64,000 nt of DNA from Candidatus Kaiserbacteria bacterium (GCA_016432285.1 CP066682.1:794274-858273), one strand, 5' to 3'; counted from the first letter of the stretch, positions 48,703 through 58,397 are shown. A program made the numbers and translations. The notes: generated from the sequence alone by a model not told the origin.

Positions 48703-48934
48703 GAGAAACCGTAGGACGAATATCCGACATGGAGATCGGGCTCTCCGATGCGGCCTGATCAATCCCCCCTGTGGAAGCGCCGAGCCGGCGCCGCACAATA
48801 ATGCCGAGTCCGATCACGACAACGCCCGCCCCGAAAAAGAGCGCGGTGTCCCAGCTATTGGGAAGCCCCAAAAACGGAAGGAGCGCAACGAATGCACCAA
48901 CGAGCATGATGACGGCATCGAGTGTCATGCGCAC
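48689..48934 (-). CDS. Small 2-TM membrane protein
   Basis: 81 aa; two hydrophobic helices; overlaps start of downstream gene by 14 nt. Confidence 0.35.
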   Translation of the reverse strand: MRMTLDAVIMLVGAFVALLPFLGLPNSWDTALFFGAGVVVIGLGIIVRRRLGASTGGIDQAASESPISMSDIRPTVSHEPR

Positions 48935-48969
48935 AGTATATCCCAGGAAGAAGCGGAGCGTATATGCAG

Positions 48970-49647
48970 CTACCGGGGGACAACGATCACGACGAACTCC
49001 CCCCGCACTTTCCTGCCTCTTTCGAGGCTCTCGGCGAGCTCCTCGGGACTCCCGACGAGCACTTCTTCGTGAAGTTTGGTGAGCTCCCGCGCGATCGTTA
49101 TCTGCACGTGCGGCGCCACAGCGTCAATTTCCTTCAATAATTTCAAAATGCGGTGCGGAGATTCGTAGAGCACGACCGGCACGTCGCTCTTCACGACCTT
49201 TTTGAGCGCGGTTTGCCTTCCCTTCTTGTGCGGTAAAAAGCCGAGAAAGGTAAACGCGGTCGCGTCGATTCCGGCGATCGAGAGCGCAGCGGTGAGCGCA
49301 GAGGCCCCCGGAATCGCGTCGATGGTTGCTTCTGGCAACGCTTTCCGCACAATCGCCACAAGCCGCGAGCCCGGATCCGAAATCCCCGGCGTCCCTGCGT
49401 CGGTCACGTAGGCCACATGCTCTCCCCGCTCCAAACGCTCGATCACTTCACTCGCCTTTTTCGCTTCGGTCGCCGCATCGAGTCGAAAGACCGACTTGCG
49501 GAGGCCGTAGTGGTTGAGGAGCTTCAGAATCTCGCGCGTGTCCTCGGCGTACACCGCGTCGCACTCCTTCAGATTCCAGAGCGCGCGGAAGGTAAGATCG
49601 CCCATATTGCCGATGGGTGTCGCGACCACCGAAAGCTTCCCTGCCAT
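48970..49647 (-). CDS. rsmI: 16S rRNA (cytidine1402-2'-O)-methyltransferase RsmI (start at MAGKLSVVATPIGN)
   Basis: Tetrapyrrole-methylase fold N-terminus VVATPIGNMGDLTFRA and RsmI length. Confidence 0.85.
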   Translation of the reverse strand: MAGKLSVVATPIGNMGDLTFRALWNLKECDAVYAEDTREILKLLNHYGLRKSVFRLDAATEAKKASEVIERLERGEHVAYVTDAGTPGISDPGSRLVAIVRKALPEATIDAIPGASALTAALSIAGIDATAFTFLGFLPHKKGRQTALKKVVKSDVPVVLYESPHRILKLLKEIDAVAPHVQITIARELTKLHEEVLVGSPEELAESLERGRKVRGEFVVIVVPR

Positions 49648-49807
49648 GCGGGCACTCTGCCACGCAGGTTTACCATACGCAAACCATGATTTCCGGTTCC
49701 CACCACGAGAAAAGCAGCCCGTCTGCGTGATACGTAATTGGTCCGGTCGCTCCAGTTCAGTATCAGAAAGGTTCCGCAACGAAGCAGATGGGGTCTATCC
49801 GCCCCGC

Positions 49808-51091
49808 TCAATCGGCGATTTGTTCGGCCACCTTGTATATATCGCCAGCTCCCATGGTGATGATGAGATCGCGACCCGAGGCGCTCTTCAAAAGTTCGTC
49901 GCGTATCGCATCGAAGGTGTGGAGCGAGAGCACGTTTTGATTTGTCTTGGCGATCGCTTTGGCAAGCATGTCGCTCGACACTTCGCCGAGATCTTTTTCG
50001 CGCGCCGCGTAAATGGGCGCGAGGATGACGTAGTCGGCCGTGGCGAGCGAGCGCACGAACCCGTCGAAGAGGTCGCGCGTGCGCGAAAAGAGGTGCGGAT
50101 GAAATACCACCGTGATCTTTTTCTGGGGAAACTGCGCGCGCGCCGCCTCGATCGTCGCCTCGATCGCCGTCGGATGGTGCGCGTAGTCGTCGTACACCAC
50201 GGCCCCCTGCGGCGTCTCTCCCCGATACTCGAAACGCCGCCACGAGCCCTTGAATTCCATGAGCGCGCGATCCGTGTACTCCTCCTGGAGATGCGGGAAG
50301 GCGGCGCGCGCTGCCGCTTTAGCGGCGCGCGCGTTCATGCGGTTGAACTCCCCGATCTGCTTCAGGGCCGGCACCGTTTGCGTGGTGTAATCGAGAATCG
50401 GCGCCTTCGCGCCTCCGAGCACGGCAGCAATATGCGGATCGTACGGATTCGTCACGATGATGCCGTTTTCCGGGACGCGCTCGGCGGCCTTGCGGAAGGT
50501 TTTCTGGAGAGCGCCGAGATTCGGAAAGTAGTCCGTGTGGTCGAGCTCGATATTGGTGATCACGAGGATCTGCGGTGAGAGCTTGAGGAGATGATCGCGG
50601 TACTCGCAGGCCTCGACGACGAGCAGATCCTCCGCACCCGGCAGAAAATTCGATCCGAAATCCTGTACGATCGATCCGACGACCGCGCTTGGTTTCTTGT
50701 CGCTAAAGTGCAGAATCTTCGCGAGCATGCCGGTGGTCGTTGTTTTGCCGTGCGTACCCGCCACCGCGATGGTGCGCGCGCTTTTGCTCACCTCTCCGAG
50801 CGCCTCGAAGTAGCTCTTCTGCGGGATCCCCATCTCTTCGGCTCGCATCCGCTCCACGTTCGTCTCCGGCACCGCATCGCTGTAGACGAGAAGTTTCGCA
50901 TCGGCAGGAATGTGGCACTGGTCGTGTCCGATCCAGACCTCGATCCCCTTTTGTGCGAGGAGGTCGGTGGCGGGAGATTCCTCCCTGTCTGAGCCGCTCA
51001 CTTTTTTGCCGCGGTGAGCAAGTAGTTGCGCGAGCGCGGACATGCCGATGCCGCCGATCCCCACCATGTAGATGGAATCCGGAATTTTCAT
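49808..51091 (-). CDS. murC: UDP-N-acetylmuramate--L-alanine ligase
   Basis: MurC N-terminus YMVGIGGIGMSALA, Mur ligase middle and C domains. Confidence 0.9.
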   Translation of the reverse strand: MKIPDSIYMVGIGGIGMSALAQLLAHRGKKVSGSDREESPATDLLAQKGIEVWIGHDQCHIPADAKLLVYSDAVPETNVERMRAEEMGIPQKSYFEALGEVSKSARTIAVAGTHGKTTTTGMLAKILHFSDKKPSAVVGSIVQDFGSNFLPGAEDLLVVEACEYRDHLLKLSPQILVITNIELDHTDYFPNLGALQKTFRKAAERVPENGIIVTNPYDPHIAAVLGGAKAPILDYTTQTVPALKQIGEFNRMNARAAKAAARAAFPHLQEEYTDRALMEFKGSWRRFEYRGETPQGAVVYDDYAHHPTAIEATIEAARAQFPQKKITVVFHPHLFSRTRDLFDGFVRSLATADYVILAPIYAAREKDLGEVSSDMLAKAIAKTNQNVLSLHTFDAIRDELLKSASGRDLIITMGAGDIYKVAEQIAD

Positions 51092-51095
51092 ATCC

Positions 51096-51848
51096 CTACT
51101 CTAGCACTTCGACTGTGTATTTCTGATTTGGGAAGAGCGAGCTCGTAAGATCGCGAAACCGTTGCGACTCCTTGCTGATCAAAAAGTGAGTGCGGGCGTC
51201 CCCGACTTCCTGCGGCCAGAACTGCCGCCTCGCACGGATCGCGACCGCTTCCGCGGGATCAAATATCTTCACGTCCGGGAGCACTGTGCCAAAGGCTTCG
51301 ATGGCGAGCGGATAGTGTGTGCAGCCGAGCACCAAGAGGTCGAAATCGCTCTTTCCGGTGAAGGCGCCCTCGATGTGCTTCTTGATCTCCGCTTCGGGAG
51401 CGCCGAACTCGATGGCGCCGGCAAGGCCTTCGATCGCAATATTTTGTATCTCCTTGCCGACCATGCGAAAGGCGTCGGCGTAGATGCCGGAGCGAATCGT
51501 GGCCGGTGTCGCGCACACCGCGATCCGCTCGGGAGAGTCGCGAAGCGCGGCGACCGTGGGCCCCACCATCTCGATGAGGTGCGCGGGCGCGATCTCCAAT
51601 GCATCAAAAAGCGAGATCGCGAGCGAGGCAGAAACGCTGTTGCACGCGCTCACGATTTTTTCCGCGCCGCGTTCATGGAGCACCTTGAGGCCGGCGACCA
51701 AGAGAACCGAAAGTTCCTCGCGCGATTTGGAGCCATACGGGGCGTTCTTGATGTCTCCGAAGTACAGAATGTCGGCGGAGGGAAGGTACTGCCGAATCGA
51801 GCGAAGGACCGTGAGCCCACCGACGCCGGAATCGAACATGCCGATCAT
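51096..51848 (-). CDS. murI: Glutamate racemase
   Basis: MIGMFDSGVGGLTV ... GCTHYP signature. Confidence 0.9.
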   Translation of the reverse strand: MIGMFDSGVGGLTVLRSIRQYLPSADILYFGDIKNAPYGSKSREELSVLLVAGLKVLHERGAEKIVSACNSVSASLAISLFDALEIAPAHLIEMVGPTVAALRDSPERIAVCATPATIRSGIYADAFRMVGKEIQNIAIEGLAGAIEFGAPEAEIKKHIEGAFTGKSDFDLLVLGCTHYPLAIEAFGTVLPDVKIFDPAEAVAIRARRQFWPQEVGDARTHFLISKESQRFRDLTSSLFPNQKYTVEVLE

Positions 51849-51850
51849 GG

Positions 51851-53158
51851 TTAGAGATTGCGCACGAGGGCGAGGAAGAGGTCGTTGCGCTCGTATTCAT
51901 TTTTGAACATACCGAACGACGCGAACGCAGGACTAAAGAGAATCACGTCGCCCGGTACGCTCGCGTCGAGCGCACTCTGGAGGGCCTCGTTGAGCGAGCC
52001 GCACACGGGAGCCAAGAGATCCTTCCGGAGCCGATCCGTGCCAGTGCCTTGCAGGAGATACACGGCTTTGCAGCGATCCTTGATGAGGGCCACGAGTGCT
52101 TGCATATTGAGCCCCTTGTCTGATCCACCGGCTATCAGGATCACATTGCGCTTTTCGCCGAGCGCCAGAAGAGCCGCGATCGTCGCTTCGGGCGTCGTCG
52201 CGTTGTTGTCATTGTAAATCTTGACGCCGCGAAGCTCTCGCACCAGCTGGAGCCTGCCTTCGACTCCCTCGAAGGATTCGATTCCAGAGCGTATCTCACT
52301 TTCCGAAAGGCCGAGCGGACGGAGCGCGGCTGCGGCAAGCGCCGCATTCTCGCGGTTGTGTTCGCCTACGATCTTCAGCTGCCAATCCCCGGGCAGATTT
52401 TCCGGCACCTCGGTGCGCGAAAGCGCAATTCTCTCGGCGACCTTTTTTCCCGCAATCAGCGTATCGCCCTCGTTCTGGAACGCGAAGATATTTGCCTTGT
52501 CGGCGAAATAGGCATCCATATCGCGATAGTAGTTTTGATGGTCGGGCATCAGATTGCTGAAAACCGCGATATGCGGACTCATCTGAAGGTCCCCAAAGCC
52601 CTGGAGCTGCCACGAGTCGAGCTCGAGGACACAGATGTCGCCCGCTTCGATCTCGGGTAACATCGCGAGCGTGGATTTTCCGCGCACGTTGCCCCCCAGG
52701 TGCGCCCGCTTCCCCGCTTTTTTGAGACTCTCGTATATGAGAGCGCTCACGGTTGATTTGCCGCGCGTCCCCGTCACGCCGACGATGCGTGCTCCGCGCT
52801 CCGCGGCATACTTCGCAAAGAGCGCCGTCGACATGGCTACCAGCACTCCCGCTTTTTTGGCCGCTGCGATCTCGGAGGATCCGAGCGGCACGCCCGCCGC
52901 CTTGATCACAAGATCCGCATGCGTGAAGTCCTCGATTCTGTGGCCGCCGAGAGAAAAAGTGACGTTCGGATACTTCTTGAGGCGCGCAACCGGCTCCGCA
53001 AGTTCACTCTCCGATTTCTTGTCCGTTACGACAAGATGCGCGCCGCACGCCGCCAGAAATGCGGCATCACCCTCTCCTCTCCCCAGGAGCCCCAATCCCA
53101 TCAGAGTGATTTTTTTGCCGGCGAAGTGCGCCCGATAATCAAGCATTGAAGCCATCAT
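51851..53158 (-). CDS. murD: UDP-N-acetylmuramoylalanine--D-glutamate ligase
   Basis: ITLMGLGLLGRG N-terminus, GTRGKST P-loop (VGVTGTRGKSTV). Confidence 0.85.
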   Translation of the reverse strand: MMASMLDYRAHFAGKKITLMGLGLLGRGEGDAAFLAACGAHLVVTDKKSESELAEPVARLKKYPNVTFSLGGHRIEDFTHADLVIKAAGVPLGSSEIAAAKKAGVLVAMSTALFAKYAAERGARIVGVTGTRGKSTVSALIYESLKKAGKRAHLGGNVRGKSTLAMLPEIEAGDICVLELDSWQLQGFGDLQMSPHIAVFSNLMPDHQNYYRDMDAYFADKANIFAFQNEGDTLIAGKKVAERIALSRTEVPENLPGDWQLKIVGEHNRENAALAAAALRPLGLSESEIRSGIESFEGVEGRLQLVRELRGVKIYNDNNATTPEATIAALLALGEKRNVILIAGGSDKGLNMQALVALIKDRCKAVYLLQGTGTDRLRKDLLAPVCGSLNEALQSALDASVPGDVILFSPAFASFGMFKNEYERNDLFLALVRNL

Positions 53159-53239
53159 AGCACTTGTGCTTATTCCGCGAACATTCTCTAATCCGCTATC
53201 CACCTTGCGCGAGAAGCGGCGAGGAATAGAATGCGTTTC

Positions 53240-53400
53240 CACGATTGAGTGTCCCGAAAGGGAATCTGTCAGTCAGAAAAAGACAGATAGGAAGCGGGGC
53301 GAAATTCCCCCACTGTGCCGCAACGGTTAAAGTCCGATCTTCTTCAGTTGTCATCCCGAGCAGGAAGCAATGCGCACACTCTTACGTGCGCGTGCATAAA
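53240..53400 (+). ncRNA. Candidate cobalamin (B12) riboswitch aptamer
   Basis: Contains AAGGGAA (53257-63), GGGGCGAAATTCC (GGTGnAAAtCC-like) and B12-box-like CCCCACTGTGCCGCAACGGTTAA (GCCACTG..GCAACGGT), in 5' leader of a DUF4430 gene. Confidence 0.5.
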
Positions 53401-53401
53401 A

Positions 53402-53432
53402 AATCTCTGCTTGGGCAGAGATTTTTCGTTTC
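53402..53432 (+). terminator. Hairpin plus T-run (aatctctgc-ttgg-gcagagatt-tttcgtttc): likely riboswitch expression-platform terminator
   Basis: 9-bp stem then TTTTcgTTTc immediately before the ATG at 53434. Confidence 0.45.
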
Positions 53433-53433
53433 T

Positions 53434-53880
53434 ATGTACAAACGATACGGATTCTATCTTCTCGGCTCGCTTGCGGTTTTTGCGATTGTCTTTTCGATCG
53501 TCGTGAGCGGTTACAACACGTCAGTCCTCACGCGCTCCCCAGAGAGCGACGCGGATCGCGCGACTCCGCAAGGGGGCGCGGACGTTTTGCGCACGATCGA
53601 CATCTCGATCGCGGCAGAAGATCTGTCATACGAGGTAGCTGTGGCAGAAGGCTCGAGCGTGCTCGAGGCAATGCGCGCGGCAGAGCAAAAAGGCTTTCGG
53701 TTTCGTGGAACGGAATATCCCGCACTCGGCCTTTTTGTGGAGGAAATCAATGGCAAGAAAAACGCCAATGGCCGCTACTGGTTCCTCTACGTCAACGGCA
53801 CCTCCTCGGAAACGGGTGCCTCGCAAACAACTCTTCGCGAAGGCGATCGTGTGGAGTGGCGTTACCAAGAGTCTCATTAA
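53434..53880 (+). CDS. DUF4430 (transcobalamin beta-domain-like) membrane-anchored protein
   Basis: N-terminal TM MYKRYGFYLLGSLAVFAIVF; C-terminal hallmark RYWFLYVNGTSSETGASQTTLREGDRVEWRY. Confidence 0.6.
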   Translation: MYKRYGFYLLGSLAVFAIVFSIVVSGYNTSVLTRSPESDADRATPQGGADVLRTIDISIAAEDLSYEVAVAEGSSVLEAMRAAEQKGFRFRGTEYPALGLFVEEINGKKNANGRYWFLYVNGTSSETGASQTTLREGDRVEWRYQESH

Positions 53881-53899
53881 TACGTAAACACATTTTTGT

Positions 53900-55486
53900 A
53901 TGCGCGTGCGCACGTTCTCACTTTTCTGGATCACTCTTTTATTCGCCTTCCCCGCTTACGCGGCTGTATCGGTCAATGTGCCACAGCAGTGTACGGTGGT
54001 CGACTCCGACGGGATCTCGCACAGCTACAGCACTGGCCAGTACCTCGGGATTTGCGCCTTGCAGGCTGCTATCGACAGCGGCGGTGTGTCCGGCGTGAGC
54101 CTCTCGAATGCGTTCCCCGCATTCGGGCTCTTTGTAACGGCGGTCAACAGCGTCGCGGCGGACCCTTTCAGTGAGTACTGGGCGCTGTATCAAAACGGCG
54201 GCTTTGCGGCGGTTGGCCTCACGCAGATGACGGTCGCTACGGGAGATACGATCACATTTGAACTGCACGACTTCTCCGACACGTATCTCGGGAGCGAGCT
54301 TGAACTCTCGATTGCTTCGCTGGTAAGTCCAAGCCCGGTGGTGAGTGCACCGCAAGGCGGCACGGGACTCACGCTCCACGACCCCTTTGATGTCCCGAAA
54401 GCCGTTGCCTATCTCTCCGGAGTGCAAAAATCGGACGGCTCGTTCGGCTCCGACCTACTCAACGACTGGGTAGCGATCATGACGGCGACCGACAAAGCTC
54501 CGGAGCTGAAAGAGAAGCTACGATCATACATGCGCTCGCACACACCGACGCTCCAAAGCGCGACGGATTTCGAGCGGCATGCGATGGCCCTGGAGTCGCT
54601 CGGGATCGACCCATACACCGGCACGTCGATCGACACGATCACACCGATCGTCAATGCCTTCGACGGTACACAGGTCGGCAGCTCGGCGTTCGTAAATGAC
54701 GACATCTTCGCCATATTTCCGCTCCTCAATGCCGGCTACACGAGCAATGACGAGCTCATTCAAAAGATCACCTCGTACATTCTCTCTCTTCAATCCCCCG
54801 ACGGCTCCTGGGCAAAAAGCGTCGATCTGACCGCGGCAGCAATGCAGGCGCTTGAGGCGACCGACCTTTCGGGATCCAAAGACGCGGTGAAGCGGGCAGT
54901 GGAATTCCTGCGCACGAAACAGTCGGAAGACGGCGGATTCGGCTCGAGCCCTTCGACGAGCTGGGTGCTTCAGGCGATTCGGGCGATCGGTCAATCACCC
55001 TTCGATTGGAGCAATGGAACGTACAAGATGCCCGACTACTATCTGGCCACGCTCCAGGAGCGAGACGGCGGCGTGGAGCCTACGAGCGCGAGCGTGGATA
55101 CGCGCGTGTGGGCCACCGCCTACGCCATTCCCGCAATCGAACGCGCAACGTGGGACGAACTCCTGATGAACTTCCCGAAACCGCAGCCGATCGTCGAAAA
55201 TACCCCGACACCTGAGCCACTCTCGGCCAGCATCACGCCCGTAGTACCCGCGCAAACAGTCGAGGCACCTCGCCAGATGATCGAGACGAACAGTGTGAGC
55301 GAAGAAACGAGCGAGGAGCTTCAAACAGTTGCTGATACCGAGGATCCATCTCCTTCTGAAGTCGAGGCGCAAACGGCCGTTGCGGCCCTGGCATCGAACG
55401 ATGACGACCCTTCGAACTTCGTATGGGCAATCGGACTTTTGCTGATCATCGGCGCTGCCTCCGCGCTCTTCATGCAAAAGCGCTGA
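53900..55486 (+). CDS. Secreted transcobalamin-like protein: N-terminal DUF4430 domain plus alpha/alpha-toroid (prenyltransferase/squalene-oxidase-like) repeats, C-terminal TM anchor
   Basis: Signal peptide; DUF4430 motif SEYWALYQNGGFAAVGLTQMTVATGDTITFEL; repeats SDGSFGS / SPDGSW / SEDGGFGSS; C-terminal WAIGLLLIIGAASALFM. Confidence 0.5.
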   Translation: MRVRTFSLFWITLLFAFPAYAAVSVNVPQQCTVVDSDGISHSYSTGQYLGICALQAAIDSGGVSGVSLSNAFPAFGLFVTAVNSVAADPFSEYWALYQNGGFAAVGLTQMTVATGDTITFELHDFSDTYLGSELELSIASLVSPSPVVSAPQGGTGLTLHDPFDVPKAVAYLSGVQKSDGSFGSDLLNDWVAIMTATDKAPELKEKLRSYMRSHTPTLQSATDFERHAMALESLGIDPYTGTSIDTITPIVNAFDGTQVGSSAFVNDDIFAIFPLLNAGYTSNDELIQKITSYILSLQSPDGSWAKSVDLTAAAMQALEATDLSGSKDAVKRAVEFLRTKQSEDGGFGSSPSTSWVLQAIRAIGQSPFDWSNGTYKMPDYYLATLQERDGGVEPTSASVDTRVWATAYAIPAIERATWDELLMNFPKPQPIVENTPTPEPLSASITPVVPAQTVEAPRQMIETNSVSEETSEELQTVADTEDPSPSEVEAQTAVAALASNDDDPSNFVWAIGLLLIIGAASALFMQKR

Positions 55487-55487
55487 T

Positions 55488-56213
55488 TCAGCGCGCCCGT
55501 TTGCCGATCTTTTTGCGAGGAAGTCGTAAGACTCGCCGATAAATATCCTTCGAGGGCGCGATCAAAAGCTCACGCTTGTTGGTTCGATCGCGAAATTCTA
55601 CCGGCGCGTCCTCGATGATCGCGAGCGGCTGACGCTCAGCGCCCTCTCCCATCGAGAGTGCGGCCGCGCTCGCGAGCGCGTCGGGCACGTTGACCTGTGT
55701 CACGGCAAGTGAGCGGCCAAAAAGGTCTTTCGTGCCGCGGTAGTCGCGGATCCCCTTGATACCCGCGTACCCGAGCGCGATTCCGAAGACGCCGTTGCGA
55801 AGCGGCGCGACGTGGCTATCGGTGATGATGACGCCGAGTCTTTTTATCTTGTATCGCTTGAGGAGTGCTGCGCGCACTTTCGCGGCCGCGGCAAATGAAT
55901 CCTTCGGAAGCAGCACGATCTTCCCCGCCGCATTCGATTCGTCGATGCCGGCGTTGACCAAAAACGCTCCGTCGCGCACCGTGAGCCACCACTTTGGATA
56001 CGATTCGATCGCCCACTCGCTCTCGGCGCGAACGAGCTTCTTTTTGTCGAACCCCTTCCCCTTCGATACGGTCCTCCCTTCCGCAAGAGCGACGATCTTC
56101 GAAGTAACTGCGAGTACCGACCCATCCTTCAGCTTCGGGACATGCGCCTCGATAAACGCGATAAGGTCCTGACCTTCCCGAAAGATGCGAGTCTTTCGCG
56201 GCTCGACTCTCAT
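55488..56213 (-). CDS. F420-0:gamma-glutamyl ligase (CofE)-like protein
   Basis: CofE-family motifs VITDSHVAPLRNG and IALGYAGI. Confidence 0.65.
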   Translation of the reverse strand: MRVEPRKTRIFREGQDLIAFIEAHVPKLKDGSVLAVTSKIVALAEGRTVSKGKGFDKKKLVRAESEWAIESYPKWWLTVRDGAFLVNAGIDESNAAGKIVLLPKDSFAAAAKVRAALLKRYKIKRLGVIITDSHVAPLRNGVFGIALGYAGIKGIRDYRGTKDLFGRSLAVTQVNVPDALASAAALSMGEGAERQPLAIIEDAPVEFRDRTNKRELLIAPSKDIYRRVLRLPRKKIGKRAR

Positions 56214-56851
56214 GCGGCCGGCTTCTCTCGGAGGAGCTTCAGCGCAAGGTACGAAAGCGGCGTGTAGAGGAGCCCCATCATCACCTTAAAGAGCCACCAC
56301 GTGATGATGATCCGCAGGAGCGCGGCGTTGGAATAGACGCCGTAGAAGGCGATCAGCATGAAGAGCGCCGAATCGAGAAACTGCGACCATACGTTGGAAA
56401 GGAGCGAGCGCAGCCAGAAGAGCTTCTCGCCGATTTTCTTTTTGACGAAGAAAAAAGCGTGTACGTCTTGGAATTCGGCCACGGCGAAGGCAACGAGGCT
56501 CGCGAGTGCGATGCGCATCGAGACGCCAAAAATCTGCTCGTAGCTCTCTTTGGCCCAGAGCCCCGCCTCTGCCCACGGCAGCGAGATCGAGATCAGTGAG
56601 TACAGGAGAAAAAGTGCCGTCGCGAGAAATCCGCACCGCACGAAAAAGCGCGCCATCGGCTTGCCGTAGATCTCGCCGATCACGTCGGTCGTGAGAAAGA
56701 CAAAGGGAAATGAAAACACCGCGACCGATACGTGGAAGCCGAGGATAAAGGGCGCAATCTTGAGGCCGAGCGTATTGGCGGCAAAGAGCGACGCGAGATA
56801 GATTGTAAGCGCGATCAGCACCTTCTTCTGCGCGGCATCAAAGTGCGGCAT
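56210..56851 (-). CDS. yhhQ: Queuosine-precursor transporter (YhhQ/VUT family, DUF165)
   Basis: 6-TM 213-aa protein with the conserved FPFVFLTTDVIGEIYG block of YhhQ. Confidence 0.75.
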   Translation of the reverse strand: MPHFDAAQKKVLIALTIYLASLFAANTLGLKIAPFILGFHVSVAVFSFPFVFLTTDVIGEIYGKPMARFFVRCGFLATALFLLYSLISISLPWAEAGLWAKESYEQIFGVSMRIALASLVAFAVAEFQDVHAFFFVKKKIGEKLFWLRSLLSNVWSQFLDSALFMLIAFYGVYSNAALLRIIITWWLFKVMMGLLYTPLSYLALKLLREKPAA

Positions 56852-56900
56852 AGGAAAGGCGCATTATAGCGACGCTTTCTCTCACGTCCAGCGGGGAAAA

Positions 56901-57344
56901 TCAGACGAACAGTTTCTCGCCCGATGCCCTCCAGCGCTTGTGAAGGTGCCACGCGGCAAGGAGGTAGAGCACAGCGACGGCTGCAAAGACAACACGACCG
57001 GAGGCGATCGACATGCCGATGTTGGTCCCAAGGAGACCAAGGATGCCTAGATTGAGGCCGGAGACGACGCTCACGAAGAAGGCACCGAGATCCTTACTGT
57101 CCTTGCCGCCGAAGACCTTCTGACCCCCGGTGTACCAGCGGTACAGGAGGTAGCCGGCCGCTAGACCAGAGATGATCCAGGCGAGGCGCAGGAGGAGCCA
57201 CGTGGCGGGAGTCGGGAGCAGCAACAAGATCGGCGGGAAGCCGCCAATAAGGAGCGCGACCGCGGCGATTACGAGGCGCACTTCCGACCACAAAAACGCG
57301 TACTTTTCTAAAGCTGAGGGCTGCGTGTGTTTAGTAATATCCAT
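56901..57344 (-). CDS. Hypothetical 4-TM membrane protein
   Basis: 147 aa, four hydrophobic helices. Confidence 0.4.
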   Translation of the reverse strand: MDITKHTQPSALEKYAFLWSEVRLVIAAVALLIGGFPPILLLLPTPATWLLLRLAWIISGLAAGYLLYRWYTGGQKVFGGKDSKDLGAFFVSVVSGLNLGILGLLGTNIGMSIASGRVVFAAVAVLYLLAAWHLHKRWRASGEKLFV

Positions 57345-57414
57345 ACCGTAATGCTGACATACCCCCTATTTTCTGCAATGTGGGTGCGGGGAGACTCGAT
57401 AGCGATCCTTATGG

Positions 57415-58092
57415 CTAGCCCCTGCTCACGAGCATCTGGTAGAGACCGCCGAAATACGAGGTCTTCCGCCACGAGCGACCGGCCATTTCGTGCGGGAGAA
57501 CGTCTTTTAATTCCTGACGCCACAGATCCCACGCCGTGGGTTCAAGAAAGCCGAGAAATGGTAGGAGAATATAGCGAAGCGGGTGCCATGCGCGTGGCAC
57601 ACCGTAGTCGGCGATGACGATTTTTCCACCCGGCTTCAAGATGCGCAGCGCTTCGCGCATCGTTTTTTCGCGGTATTCCTGCGGCTCTTCATGCAAAAGA
57701 AAGAACACCAGCACCTGATCATACGAAGCGGTGGGAAAATCGAGTGACGCGGCATCCATGCGGAAGGTCTGCACAGCAGCGTCACGCGAAAGTTTGCGCT
57801 TTACATTCTCCAGCTGGATTGGAAGTATGTCGATTACATCAAGCGATCCACCACCTTTTTGCACACGCGCCGAAAGTCGCGGCGTCAGCTCGCCATAGCA
57901 ACATGATATTTGCAGTGTCTTTCCAGAGATCACGGGGCCGAACTCTTCCAATACCCGATCCCGAAGCGTCCCATATTTTCCAAAAAGGATAAGGTTGATG
58001 AGCCACGGACGGTCCCAAAAGCGTACCGCCAAGGGGCGCACATACGCCCACCAGTACACCTCTTCGAGATAGTGCGGTGTGTCAGGGCCCAT
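57415..58092 (-). CDS. Class I SAM-dependent methyltransferase (start at MGPDTPHYLEEVYWWAYV)
   Basis: Motif I region and ILKPGGKIVIADYG; TAATG overlap with upstream gene; the track's 425-aa version has an Arg/Cys-rich spurious N-extension. Confidence 0.65.
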   Translation of the reverse strand: MGPDTPHYLEEVYWWAYVRPLAVRFWDRPWLINLILFGKYGTLRDRVLEEFGPVISGKTLQISCCYGELTPRLSARVQKGGGSLDVIDILPIQLENVKRKLSRDAAVQTFRMDAASLDFPTASYDQVLVFFLLHEEPQEYREKTMREALRILKPGGKIVIADYGVPRAWHPLRYILLPFLGFLEPTAWDLWRQELKDVLPHEMAGRSWRKTSYFGGLYQMLVSRG

Positions 58093-58394
58093 TATTTGGC
58101 GAGGAAAAATACAAATAGACCGACGCCGGAGAGAATCGTCGCAATGACGAGCACGATGGCAAGCATGGTGCCGCTCATCCTTGCAACTGCCGGCCACCTG
58201 GAAAAGAGGTATCCCAGAATGAAAAAACTGGCGACGATCACGACGCCGTGAGTCGTCCAGTGATGCCCGAGCGCCGCTTTCATGGCCTGTAGAAGCGGTT
58301 CGTATGACTCTTTCGCGATCGTAAGCAATGTATTGCCGACGATAGCAACGATCGCCGCGAGCGCGTACCCTGCTGATTTTGCCGAGAGATTCAT
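58092..58394 (-). CDS. Small 3-TM membrane protein
   Basis: 100 aa; stop overlaps methyltransferase start (TAATG). Confidence 0.4.
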   Translation of the reverse strand: MNLSAKSAGYALAAIVAIVGNTLLTIAKESYEPLLQAMKAALGHHWTTHGVVIVASFFILGYLFSRWPAVARMSGTMLAIVLVIATILSGVGLFVFFLAK

Positions 58395-58397
58395 ACG

